Source: Leptogorgia sarmentosa (taxonomy: Eukaryota). From it: DNA of 64,000 bases. A model generated the notes under the pieces. That model ran no database searches. It saw only the letters and a program-made list of their open reading frames with translations, and was not told the DNA's origin. The position numbers were made by a program, and so were the translations under genes. Below, piece by piece: positions 1 through 13,000 of the stretch (position 1 is its first letter; each line of letters opens with the position of its first letter). The stretch lies in contig OZ210885.1 of the NCBI GenBank assembly GCA_964658305.1, positions 19,282,001 to 19,346,000 of the forward strand, in the 5' to 3' direction.

Positions 1-294
1 TTAATATATCTTTAAAAGCAATGCCAATGTATAATTTGTGTGATAATATTTTTGTGTATAAATATCCTTAGTAAATAGTGTTCTAAACGGCGTAAACGCT
101 TATAAAATTAATTAACCTCTATTTCTGTCAAAATACTCGTCGCTGCGGCCATTACATTTTCTTTTTATCTGGCTATTCATGCGAAATAAAATCCACGATC
201 AAACACATCACCACTCTAGCTCGCGCCTATATCAGTCGCCATTTTGTAATATTTAGCCCGCAAGAACTTGCTTTGCCCTAGTGTCTAACATTTC

Positions 295-368
295 CACATA
301 CACACAAACACACACACACACGGACCCGATAGCAATATATCTGCGTCACTGCGTGCGCAGATACAAAA
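295..368 (+). repeat. CA microsatellite plus short hairpin, possibly the end of a Helentron/HINE-like non-autonomous element
   Basis: (CA)n tract followed by the imperfect hairpin ATCTGCG-TCACTGCGTG-CGCAGAT and an A-rich stretch. Confidence 0.3.
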
Positions 369-560
369 ATGTATCTTGCCCAGGCTTCTGAAAACTTGGC
401 TATATTTATTACATTACGCAATTATTTTGACTTCGTATCGTTAAACAGTTTCAAAAGTAGACGGGTATTTTATAACCCAGCCGGAATTTTACAGTTTGTG
501 TGTTACGGCAGCACTTTTCCTTGCGATAGTAACTCCTAGTATATATACATATCCTCCATT

Positions 561-1478
561 TCAAGTCTCAAAAACCATTTTATAATGTGTCGATGCTTTA
601 CTCTGTTGCTTGAAAGGTCGATAATATGTCGAATTGTCCTCCTCGTTCAGTATTTCCTGTGGACCTCCTAATTTGTCTCTTTTCACTTTTGGTGCTATTT
701 TTAAAACGAGATTATACAAGCAACAAGTTACCGATTGCATAATGCTGTATATACATGAATTAACTGGAGAACATTTGTCTGAAATAACAATGCTTCCTGT
801 ATTCTTTTTGTCACGACAACAAAAAATATAATGAAATGAAATTACCTTGCCGAATTTCTCTCCTATCGTTCTCTGTATCGATTCGGTTGTCCGCAGGTTA
901 CCAATCTTAAATGCAGCCTCTTTTACCTTTTTGAAAGGTATAATAATGACAAAATTTATCACAGGCAATTTATGAGATTCCTGTAGCTACCAGTTTCAAC
1001 GAAGGTCTACAGTTCATGCTTTCGTACTTTTGGAAACAGAAATTACTACATACATCACATGTCTGACAAAAGTAATTCGCAGAAATTCCCATGTGGTGTG
1101 TAAACTGTGTGTCCGACACTCTCACATGCTACAAGTAGGCCTGGATACTGAACAAAAACTTCACGCTCACTCATCGCATCATACATAAACATCCCTTCTT
1201 CGAGGCCTAAAATATTAACGTTGCTGTAGTCTTACGTAGTGTTGCATGCAAAAATATGTGCGCGTTAGTCATTCATTATTTAAGAGTAAAAAGCGATAGC
1301 GTATGAGAAAAATTGTATTTATATATGTATGAAGATGCGAAGTTTTTATGTATGAGGATATCTTCAGTCTTACTCTTCAGATCTGTCGCTATTTCTTCGC
1401 ACGTTTCCTTGGAAGACCAGCGAGAAACATGGAATACGTCTCCACTTGATTCCACTTTTTGCTCCAAATCTTGTTTTT
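561..1478 (-). pseudogene. Unidentified minus-strand coding remnants
   Basis: ORFs 561-968 and 1276-1467 have protein-like composition; AG acceptor just before EKQDLEQKVESSG; no family recognised. Confidence 0.25.
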
Positions 1479-1501
1479 CCTTTTAATAATGAATAAATAA
1501 A

Positions 1502-3126
1502 AAAGTCCCTCACGAAGAGTTAGATTATGGAATCTACAAAAACCCGAACCTTGTAGCATTTCAGACAACAGAATCAAGGCTTCCTATGTGGGTAGAAGCC
1601 CTTTACATGCGATATGCACAGAATGAAGTATTCAACGACGAAAACAACGAAGTCAGAACAAAATGGACAGAAAAAAACGACGCAAGCAACGCTTCAAAAT
1701 GTGAAGAGATTTCGATTGAAATCACCCATAACAACGAAACCATGCTGACTATCAGAGTATTCGCGACAAAAGGAAGAATCCAAGTAAATGGTCGTCTGAT
1801 GAAAGCCTGGGGAGGCGAGGAATTTGACCATGTGCGCGCCATTATAAACAATAACGAAGAAGCTACAGCTAACACAACTGTATTTTCAAACAAAGTTCTG
1901 AAGAAAAAAGAAACTCACCTCGACACCAACACCGAAACAGACAATTCGCCAGGAGAAGAATCATTCAGAACCTTAAAGGACATCATCGTCAACCTGGAAT
2001 CCGAATTCGTCTCACACAAAGTAGATGCCAACACCAAGCTAGAAGAAATGCATGAATTACTCAAGAAAAAAGAAAAGGAAATAGCAATGCTTAAAGAAGA
2101 AATTTCCAAACTAAAAACCACAAACAACAACCAGCAGCAAGTGATCAGTGATCTTAACCTAAAACACTTGAAAACAGAGAAAAGTATCAAGCACTTACAA
2201 AGTGAACTAAAAAATGAGAAGAAATTAAGCAAGAACGTCCCTATAAAGAAACCACCAACAGACAAGAACACCCCACAAGATAAAATTGAATCAACACCAC
2301 CAACCGACACAATCCCAAACTGCACCATTCCCACAGCAAATCGCTTTGACACCCTAACAGAAACACCCCCCCCCCCCCATTCACTGACACCTCAAATACT
2401 ATCCCCAACACATCAGAAAACACCACCACAATCCCTGAAGAGACCACAGCCACACAACATCCCAAACCAGTCAACACCGAAACCATAATTTTGTGTGACA
2501 GCAATGGAAGAAACTTGAAACCGAGCATTTTATGTCCAAACACAACCACAAGATATATACGTTGCCCCACCATTACACATGGCATCAGCATCACTCAGGA
2601 GACACAATTCCCAAAAGCCAAAACATTGACCATCCATTGTGGCACCAATGATATTGAACAGTTAGATGCCAGTGAAACCCTTGAAAACCTGAAGATGTTG
2701 GTAAGCCAGTTCCACAATAAATACCCCCAGTCCCGAGTGATTATATCACTACTTCTACTACGAGCAGACAAATTAAACGAAACTGTGAACTCCCTAAATG
2801 ACAACATCGAGAAAGAGTTTATACATACACCAAAAACAGTAACAGTAAAACACACCAATATTGAACAACATGGCCTGAAGGACAAAAAGCACTTAACCCC
2901 AAAAGGGGTTAAGTGCTTTGCGAAGAACCTCAAAGCCTTCTTTTTCAATACAACACCAAATCCAAGCAAACCACAAAGAAAGAGACTCCCCTTCCCTACA
3001 CATACTGACCTCCAAACTTCCCCCACCCACAACCATACCAACACTTCCACCACCAACCAATCAGACAAAACTCCCAAAATCCACTACCATCACCTACCAC
3101 CCACCATTATCCCCTCACTCCAATAA
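1502..3126 (+). pseudogene. LINE ORF1: coiled coil plus SGNH esterase-like domain, frameshifted
   Basis: Coiled coil in ORF 1586-2488; CDSNG, HCGTND and DKKHL blocks in ORF 2491-3126; frame change probably at or after the poly-C run near 2365-2378. Confidence 0.8.
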
Positions 3127-3650
3127 TACCCCACCCGTCATGACCAACTCTAAAGACCCCCCATCCCACCTGGACCAACAATGAGAAGACGATACCACCA
3201 CAGCTTATCCAACTGATCGAGCAACTCAACAGATATGTCAATCAAACAAGATGATCGAAAACTGTAAGTGTATATATTTTTACTTTACATATAACTCTCA
3301 GTATGTATTGTAATATGGCGTGCCTAATTTATGTAAATACCTTAATTAATATGTAAAGATTACTGTATATATAGGACTCGAGGTGTGCAATAAAGTGTTG
3401 TTTTTCCGTGTGTGATAAATTGCTGTTGCTGGTGTGCTGGTCCTAAAGTTTTGAGCTAGGAAATAAATAGGAGATCTAACAGTATATTTAAATAAGCCTA
3501 TGTATTATTACTATTAAGTACAAGTAATTAAGTAATCATTACTTATTAAGTAATTATTACTTATTAAATACAAGTAAATAAATGAATATCTAGAGTAACT
3601 AGGGAAACCCTAACCCAAAACTAGGAAAACAAAAAACAATTTGAACTTGT

Positions 3651-4866
3651 TTGTCTTTAACATCTCTACCATCAAATATCAAAAAAATGTTTACAGAAAT
3701 TAATTTTAGCACATGGAATATAAATGGGCTAACCAACAAAGTCCTTGGTGATAAAACTAAAAACAAGGATTTTGTTGAGGCCATTTCAAATATTGATTTC
3801 ATGTTTCTCACTGAAACATGGAATAACCAAGACATAAACATTCCTGGATTTGAGACTATTAACTCCCACTTAGCAAAACCCAAATCCAAAAATGCATGCC
3901 GACAATCAGGTGGCATCTGCCTGATGTTCAAAAACAAATTTAAAAACTTTGTTTCCATTATAAAAATTACTACAAATTTTATATGGACCAAAATCTCCAA
4001 AGAAATATTGAGCAATGATACAGACTTATATGTCTGTGGCACATACATACCCCCTGAAAAATCAAAATACTTTGACCCAGAAATATTTGAAGAATTTGAA
4101 AACGATATAGTTCACTTCTTCTCAAAAGGAAACATCATAACCCTAGGTGACTTTAATGCCAGAACCAGTAAGCAATATGATTTTGTTTCAAATGAAGGGA
4201 ACGAATACATCCCTGACACCAGTGAAAACTCCTTCTATCCAAGAGACAGACAAAATTTTGACAACTCAATCAATAGAAATTTGCAAAACTTGTGACCTGA
4301 GAATACTAAACGGTCGAACCCTTGGCGACTCATTAGGTCAACCAACATTTCATGGAAAGAACGGTATGAGTACAATTGATTATGTAATCTGCAACCAAAA
4401 CCTTCTACACGACACCAAACATCTCATTGTCAAACCCCCCAACTATCTTTCTGACCACAGTCAAGTTGTTGCCTGGTTTGACCTAAAAGCAGTCAACAAC
4501 CCTGATGCAAACATAGATAACACATACACTGAACAACCCAAAATGGAACAACTACCAACACAATATACATGGGATGAAGACTCCAGAGCAGCCTTCACTC
4601 AAGAACTCAAATCCAACAAAATCCAAAACAAACTCAATAATTTCTTAAATAATGATTTCTCAGATGAGAAAGAGGGACTAAACCAATGTATAAATGAATT
4701 TCAAAACATAATTCATGAAGTATCCAAAAATTCTCTGAAAATAAGAAAAACAAATTGCCGATCACTAATTAGTAATGTTGCAAACAAAAAATGGTTTGAC
4801 AAAGAGTGTAGACTGAAAAGACACCACCTAAGAAAACTAGCCAACCAAAAGTATAAAAACAAGTGA
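3651..4866 (+). pseudogene. LINE ORF2 N-terminus, APE-type endonuclease, frameshifted and truncated
   Basis: WNINGL, LTETW, GTYIPP, GDFNART, STIDY, LSDH and KWFDKEC motifs across ORFs 3651-4295 and 4147-4866. Confidence 0.9.
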
Positions 4867-5449
4867 CATGGACTCGAAAAACTTCCATTTCGTTCTGTAA
4901 ACTTCGGATGTGGCGCTTCCAGATTTTTTGCTTGCCTCTTGTCTTGTATGTTCTCGCTGGTAAATAGTTTTGAGTGTATGCCATTGATTCTTGATTTCTT
5001 CTTCTGTCCGTTTTTCAAAACTTGCTTTAATTTTGTCCATGGCAAGTTTACGTAGGTTTCTATCTCGATATTCCTGCGAAAGATGATCCCAAAGCACTGG
5101 GTTACCTTCGTACAACTCGATTAGTAACGATTTCTTCGTCGCTCCACTGTTTTTCAGCTTCCTGCTTTAAACTTTGTAAAACATCTTCTTTCATATAGCT
5201 CATATAATTATAAAACTTCCAGGAACTTTTATTAGTATTGTCTTCACCTTCGCGACGAATTTCACATATCAGCGATGATCTTAAGGAGTGAAGAACTTTT
5301 TTAACACTGTCTTCGTTAAGTGAAAACTTTAAACTCATTGCATTCAATGCTGTTGCTTTTTGTACTCGAGCAAACATCGCACAAGTCATCCAAAGGGCAG
5401 GATAACTTTCTACATCTATAATAAGTTGCATCTTTTCTTTGTCTGACAA
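4837..5449 (-). pseudogene. Tandem MADF (Myb/SANT-like) domain protein, frameshifted and truncated
   Basis: LIxxVESYPALW...SLR...WKFY followed by YEGNPVLWD..EYRDRN...W..LK..Y.RE..SKKSGS..WKFF. Confidence 0.8.
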
Positions 5450-5749
5450 CTTTCTGGTAAAAAAGCCTGTCGAAATTCAATATTTTCATCGTCACCACTG
5501 TGCTCGCACCCATCTACCGCCACCATTTTGAATCAATATCATCCGCATTTTCCCGCCAAACCATGTTACACATAAATTTGGGACTGCAACTTGAAGAAAT
5601 TTGTTGCAAAAGTAGAAAGCTTTGCAACTTGCAGAAATTAAGTTTTTCTCTAAATAGGGAGTGTTACACACTAAAAAATGCCTTGCAACTTGAATCTGGT
5701 TATTTTGCGACACAAGTTGCATAAGAAAAAGCAACGTGTAACAGAACCT
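4864..5749 (-). mobile_element. PIF/Harbinger fragment: one terminus plus MADF gene
   Basis: Minus-strand terminus TTA|AGGTTCTGTTACAC at ~5736-5752, repeated TGTTACAC and GCAACTTG subterminal motifs, MADF ORFs; no second TIR seen. Confidence 0.7.
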
Positions 5750-5752
5750 TAA

Positions 5753-6572
5753 ATGGGAAAATTCAGAAATTGAAAAAGTTCAAAGATTTTGCAAGCTATA
5801 CTTGGGCATAAACAGAAAAGTGACAAATGTAGCTTGCAGAGGAGAACTTGGTAAATTCCCTCTTCTCATAACAATCATGAAAAACATAATTATCTCAAAC
5901 ACATTCACCAACTACCTGACGACTCAATCGCGAAACAAAGTCTAAACATATCCAAAGATCTTTATGGGAGCCATAAAGAATCATATTACTCAAAAACACT
6001 TAACTTACTAAAACCCTACTACCCAAACGAATAAAATATCGAAGTAGCTATCTTGAACTATGACACCACGACAATCGTAAATAAAATGAAAGAAAAATTC
6101 ATCAAATTCTGGAAACATAAATTAACGAACTCGTCCAAACTGACTTTCCTATCCTCATTCAAAACAGAATACAAAGTTGAACCATACATGTCTCATTAAA
6201 AACCCCAAAACAAGAAGATCTTTCACACAATTTCGAATAAGTAACCACAAACTACAAATCGAATACGGTAGATACCAAAATATCCCTCGAGAAGAACATA
6301 CCTGTAAATTGTGCGACTCTGGCAAAATAGAAGATGAATTTCACTTCAGCTTTGCATGTAAAAAATACACCCACCTTCGAGACAATTCAGATCCGATTTT
6401 GAAAACAATATTCGATCTGAATATAACAAATGAAAGTAAACAAAAATTATTAAAACACACAATGATTTCCAACGGTCCGGTAATTATTAACCTTTTCTCT
6501 GAATTTATAACCACCTGTTTTGCTAACAGAGAAAATAGTCTCAGATCCACAGAACCAAACACAGTTGGATAA
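5753..6572 (+). pseudogene. LINE ORF2 C-terminal region, frameshifted
   Basis: WENSEIEKVQRFCKLYLGINRKVTNVACRGELGKFPL read from 5754; FRISNHKLQIEYGRY..CKLCDSGKIEDEFHFSFAC in ORF 6177-6572. Confidence 0.85.
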
Positions 6573-7445
6573 ATGGTCTAACTATAGCCACAGCGAAGGC
6601 TAGCCCATTTATCTTATAGAAATTAATATATAGACTAACGATTAATTAGTACTTATAATAACTATTAGACTTATATATTACTATTATTCATGTTATGTTA
6701 GGTGAGCTTTGACCATTATTGTAGAGACTCATGGTCATTCCCGACCACTACTATAGATAGTTAAGGTCATTCCCGACCATTTTCAAAGATATACATTATT
6801 ACTATCAACTTTATACATAATTTCATAGATTTAAAATTAGGTAAATGCTGCAATACCTGTAAATAGGTCATGCGAAATAAAGCTTATTATTATTATTATT
6901 AATGAATAAAATATATTATGAGAATTGTAAGGACTGTTTACTGTTACATAGTCTACTTTCCAAAGGATGTTAAAACAGACTCTTTGAAAGTAAAATAAGT
7001 AATAACAGTCCATGTTATAAATAAAAGTTTGTTACTGTATGAACCTCTGCACTCAATTGAAATGTTTCCCTGTTTCATTCTTTGTAATCCATTGTATAAT
7101 CAGATTCTGTTATTATAGCATCCAGCAAGACTTCTGCCGTTTCTTGCGTCATTGCCAAAGAACAGTGCTCGGTACTGACAATTTTCATTTTTGTTAGACA
7201 TCAGAATTGTTTCAAGAACCCTCGATGTTCTATATAACAAATTTTATTATTTAGAGCAGTGCATTAAATCCTCATATACGACATTATGACATAATTATGT
7301 TGTATATTGAAAATTATATGACATTATGACGCCCACTAATTTATGCTGCTTATGCCAAAAGCTGAAAAATACAAATGGCTTTCTCAAAGAAGGTTCTTGT
7401 CTACAATGCGTTTACCCTGAGTCCAATTAAGAAACAAATAAATAA

Positions 7446-7568
7446 TAAAACAATTACTTGAATTCGGTTCTTGTAGGATATGAGGAATTATTAAGGCCTC
7501 GGTTTGTGTTATTTCCCTCAGCCACACAACTCAAACCTTGGCCTTAATAATTCCTCATATCCTACTCG
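7446..7568. repeat. Palindromic (hairpin) non-autonomous repeat; its right arm is completed at 55837-55860
   Basis: GTAGGATATGAGGAATTATTAAGGCC is inverted to GGCCTTAATAATTCCTCATATCCTAC; the partner of the outer left arm AAACAATTA.TTGAA appears as TTCAATAATTGTTT only at ~55843-55856. Confidence 0.75.
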
Positions 7569-9144
7569 AGGGGCCTGTACCAGTTTTGCAGGATGGACCA
7601 AAAATGAAGATGGGATGCGGGATTTAAAAAAAATATCATACGGGAAGCCGGATTTGGTCCCAATGCGGGATTTATAGGAAATTTATGGTGTGATACGGGA
7701 ATTTGCGATTCGGAAAAATGCGCAAATTCGAGGGATATTTGGGGAAATTCGGATCTAAACTCAATTTCCGCAAATTTTGTCGCAAGCAATTCGGGCCAAA
7801 CATTGCCAAACATCTAAAATTTCACATCGGCGAAGTGGTAGAAATACAGAAAAGTGGAAACACCAAAGCAAAAAAGAACAACATGGTCTCTTCCTACAAT
7901 TTATAATAATTATAGAGTACACATTCGCCCTAATTAACAATAATGCTAAAATGAAGGTGGAATAGTCAGCCTCCCCAGTCCCCACACTGCAGTTGCGCCA
8001 CTTGATCTAAAATCAGTAAAATGGCGGATAGAGGAGCGGCGATTGCAACAGGTAATATTTTATAATATTTTCTACATTATGTTTCAATTGGCGCTTTCGT
8101 TCTTTTCTATTTATACAACAAATTGAAAAACTTTACCAGTTTTCTTCTTGTTTTATAACTTAAATATTGAATGAAATTAGTAAGTTCATTTGAACTTTTA
8201 TACATTCAAGTATATTTTCGATATTTAGATCTTTTTCTTCCATGTAAAGAGAAAAATTACGAAATATAATAATGGATGGCATAGAAAATGGGTTACGTTC
8301 GTCTGTAATGTGAAAAATCAACAGACAGTCATTTTTTACGATAATGCAGCCAATGTCAAGACAATTCTGTCCTGTGAACAAGAAAATATGAATTTCATGT
8401 TAATCTAAATATTATACGATTTGACTTACCAAACTGTGCCCGAGCTATGTAGATTATTACTTCACAACTCTTGAAAGTTTTGCTAACTAAAACAAATTAA
8501 ATCTGAATATATACAGGCTAAATTTGTGAAAATGGGATATGATTATGATATAACTACTTTGATGTACTAGATTTCTTGCCAGTATTTCATATGAAGCCAT
8601 GGTATTGAGATGTGCAGTGGACAATAGAAAGTGTAAATCCAGTTCAATAATTTTTGTGATGTTACATTCACAAATTGATGCAACATTCAACATTCATATT
8701 TGTTATTACATTTGCAATGCCCAGGAGACAAAGCAATAGCCCGGCACTTGGTCTCTCACAAGGCTTGATTACAAATTACAACTAGATGGAGTGATAGACA
8801 ACAGCACTCAGAAACTAAACCAGTCATACAGCATTATTTTCCACCAACTTTGGAAAGTATCTGTTTATCAATTCTTTAGATCTTTTCACTGGAAAAGAAA
8901 TAATTAACTGACCAATAAACTTAGAGTCCCTGAAGATGCTTGTACAAGTACATGCACCAATGAAAAGGTTGCATATTACAAGAATACAATGTAGATGAAT
9001 CAGTTAGAAACATTGATTCTCTATGTCAGTTTAGCTCTTTACTAAATTCACGACCTATATGACAATACTCCACTCTATTCTATTCCAAATTTTAGATATA
9101 TTTGTACTAATTATTAGGTTTAATTATTAGGTTTAGGTACTAAG

Positions 9145-9176
<32 letters not shown>

Positions 9177-9274
9177 ATGTGTAACCATACATCCTGTGCC
9201 CAAGTTCAGGAGTTGCCATGAGGCCATTATGGTGATAACCGGGAGGGCACATTGTTGTACATTTTGTATATATA

Positions 9275-9841
9275 CAGGGTGTCTCAAAAAACAAGGTAAT
9301 CCAACTTTGACATGCTATTGAGTGCTATTTGCTGGGTGTATGAACGTAATTTTTATATGGTAAAGAGCAAGTTATTAGCTGTTGAATGACAAGTTTTTTG
9401 TACGGGGGCACGTATGAATCTATCAAAAATCGTTGGTCGAAATCGCATATTTTCACCCCTGAGAATTGCGGCTAAACTTATTCAAAATTAACTCCCTCTG
9501 GGACTCGAAGATGACGACCTTCCTTCAACAAACGACCTGATTATGCATAATTATTAATAATCCTGATAAATGTTTGTTACCATGACACATTCGTGATTAA
9601 TTGCATTTTTCTTTTGTTATGCACTGCTTTAATTTGGCACAGAGGTGAAAATATGCAATTTCGACCGTCAATTTTAATCGCTCTCATATTCGTTCGGCTT
9701 TGCTCATAATGACACAAAAAACATGTCATTCAACAGCCGAGAACCTGATCTTTACGACCATGCAAAAATTACGTTCATATACCCAGTAATTAACGCACAA
9801 TGGCATGCCAAAGTTCGATTACCTTTTTTTGAGACACCCTG
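9275..9841. mobile_element. Tc1/mariner-type MITE
   Basis: TIR CAGGGTGTCTCAAAAAA...TTTTTTGAGACACCCTG with long imperfect inverted arms, flanked by TA. Confidence 0.9.
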
Positions 9842-10062
9842 TATATATATATTATATTGAAAAAATGTTCTGGATTTAGAAATGTTTTTTATTGAGCTTT
9901 CGACTCTAAATGCAGAGAACATTTTTTTTTCAATATATATACATACATACATACATGCATACATGCGCATGTATGCCGGTGTTATTACACTCCTTCACAT
10001 CAATGTTGTTGAGCACTCAGCCTTTGGGCTTCGGCAAATAACACAAACCTCAGCCTTAATAA

Positions 10063-13000
10063 TAGTCCGGGCGGGGAGTGAGGTAGGTATCACCTGAGCG
10101 GGTAATTTACGCGACTTGGATCTTCTAGACCTATTTTTGACATAGAATTCGAATCTGGATGTTATTCAGGCTGACGAGGCTGCTTTTAAGAGTTACAGCC
10201 CAATTTAGCCTCGTTTTCGCGTAAAAATGTTCACCTTCAAATTACCTTTTAATATTTCTAGGAAGACAAGAAAAACAGTTCTACCAGCCCATTATTCAAT
10301 ACAGAATCCAACTAGAAATACATTTCCTACAAAAAACATATAACTGAGACTATTGTTGGCCATATTGGGAATATAGTCTCGCTTTAAATCATATAAATAT
10401 CCATGGAAATTAAAATATATCGTAGAAACGGAAGTAACTTTTTTGTAGTTGGAACGTGCATCTAATCTGAGTTTAACAATAGAAATTTCTATAAATGCAC
10501 AGGGTGTCTTATATTAATTGTCTTTTACATAATTTTAAATCCTTTATATTTCAGTAACATGAAGTATACACTTTTTCGCGGGCAACATGGCGGCTATGTT
10601 TATAGAGATGGCATAACAATGAGTAAACTAAAATGTGTTATACACTACAAACATCTCGGTGATAATAATGAAGAAATTACAACACTTAGTGAAGCTACAT
10701 TTAAAAAGTTACAAGATAGTGCAGAGGCCCGACGTACTTTAGGTGGCGAATATATCCACAAAGAACAAATTGATAATTTGCCAGACTCGCTTGATTCCGA
10801 AACGCATGGTTTTCATCGGGAGTGTTATCAGAAATTCACAAATGCTGTGTCCATTTTAAAGCGAAAAACATCTTCGAATGATGTTCCGGACAAGAGGCAA
10901 CGGAGATCTGGTCAACTTGCATGTAACCTGTTTCCAGATATCTGCATGAAATGCAAGTCTTCTAATCCGATAACAATCAAGGGGAAAAAACAGTATCCAA
11001 AGAATATCACAACGATTTCTGCATGTAAATCGATAAAACGTGCTGCTCTGCTTCAAGATGATAAGGAACTCATTTTGCTTGTCGCCAACGAAGACCTTAT
11101 TGCAAAAGAATTTAAAATGCATGAAAAATGCTATAGAGATTATACATGCATTTGTACAAAAGAAAACGTGACGCCTAATAAAAATTCTGCATCTACATCG
11201 AGTAATGACGAAAATGACGACTGCAAAAAAAGATTCGAAAGCCTTTGTCAGTTTGTAAGAGATCGCATTGTTGATGGAGGACAATCTGTGTCGATAAAAC
11301 TACTTACTGAAGTGTACGGTTTGGACAAAGAAGATTGCCGATTAAGAGGCAAGGTAAAACAAATGCTGTTGCGAGAGTTCAACGACGAACTGCTCTTTGT
11401 TACTGTTTCAAACAATGAGGCTCAAGTTGTTCTCAGTAAAAATGTTCTAACTAATGCAACGAAGGATAGTTTCATGACCCAGAATAAGGACTTTATTCTG
11501 AAAGAAGCCGCAAAAGTTATCAAAGATGATATCCTCGCTCTAATGCAGTCTGTTCCCTACCTACCATGGCCACCGACTGTCGATAGTCTGCAATCCGAAG
11601 CCAGACAACCTCCAGAAAGCTTACGAGTGTTTCTCACAAAGTTACTACATTCGACTGACCACGCTCTCCAGGTGAAGAAGTTACACGGTACGTAGAATCA
11701 TTTTCGCAGGACCTCATTCACGCTGTCTCCAAAGGCAAATTTCTTACCAGAAAGCACGTATCACTTGGATGTGGCCTGCACAGCATCACTGGCTTAAAGA
11801 AGCCTGTTAACATCTTAGCACGACTAGGGCACTTGTGTAACTATGACAAAATACAGGAAATCGAGACAGCGCAAGCAGAACTTGTTCAAGAAATTAAATC
11901 TCAAGAACAACCTTTGCCTCTGATTCCAAAAGATTCTGCTAGCAAAGTACAAACCTTCTTCTGGTGGGATAACTTCGATTGCAACAAAGAAACGATAGAA
12001 GGAAGCATACACACATGCCACGGAGTTACTTTTCAAGAGCAGTCTGACGAATCCAAAGAAAGAAACCAGGTCCTCCAGGTGCCTAAATCGAATAAAAGGA
12101 CTATTTCTGTAGTTCCAGTTGATTTGTCAAATAGAAAAATTATGCCGCACAGAGAGCCAAAATCGTTTTCAGGGACATCTACTTTCGAGTACAATGCCTC
12201 GGATGCAGTTCGAATTCTTATGTGCTGGAATCTCCTACAGCAAGCTTACAGTGCTACCAGTCAAACCATTTCGAGATTCGATGGTTGGATTTGCCTTATT
12301 TTTGGGAAAATAAATTGTAAACGCACAATAATTACATTCTTGCCCCCAATTCGCAATCCAATAACGGACTATAGTACAGTGCTAGAATGTATCTTCCAGT
12401 CACAGAAGTTGGCAGAAACATCGAATATGACGTACACACACATAACAGTTGATGCTGGCGCAGCAGCAAAATTCTACCACGTTCTATGGAACAATCCACA
12501 GGAGTTCGATAAAGTCTTGATACACTTGGGTGACTTTCATGGGATGATGGAATTTTTTTCCATCATAGGCAAAATAGTGCAAGGCAGTGGTTTTGAAGAA
12601 GTTGTATACCAATCAGGACTCTGTACCTCCGGAGGTATTAAAGGTGTTTTATCAGGAAAACATTATAACCGAAGTTGGAGGATTCATGAATGCTTTGCCG
12701 AAGCGATTGAGAGATTGTTTTGTGAAACGTTAGTTAAGCGTTGTCCAGAAGAATTAGCATTGTCGATTAAGGGGATCATGACAGCAGTTGATTGCGCAGA
12801 AGTTATCGCAGAAGTTATGTCAGAAAGAGCGTTTAAAATGCACAAGGAGGAGTACATGAAGAAAAAGATGGAATGTCGTCACGGTTATCACGGGAAAACT
12901 GCGCAGTTCTGGATGACCTACCTGGATCTCGTTGAAAGGCAACACCAACTGCACTTTTCAGTTAACATGAATGATTTTCAGTTGAGGCTTCACTGCTGGA

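Larger units (their letters stand above)
1498..6900 (+). mobile_element. 5'-truncated CR1/L2-group LINE, RT domain missing
   Basis: Esterase-type ORF1, APE endonuclease, ORF2 C-terminus with CxxC..EDEFHF..C, AATAAA plus (TTA)n tail to 6900, TSD (T)AATGAATAAA at 1487-1497 and 6900-6910. Confidence 0.9.

Noticed and set aside
1603..3077. Hydrophobic minus-strand ORFs resembling membrane proteins
   Set aside because: Antisense shadows of the A/C-rich LINE ORF1; the same applies to short antisense ORFs over the Gypsy, hAT and Academ genes.
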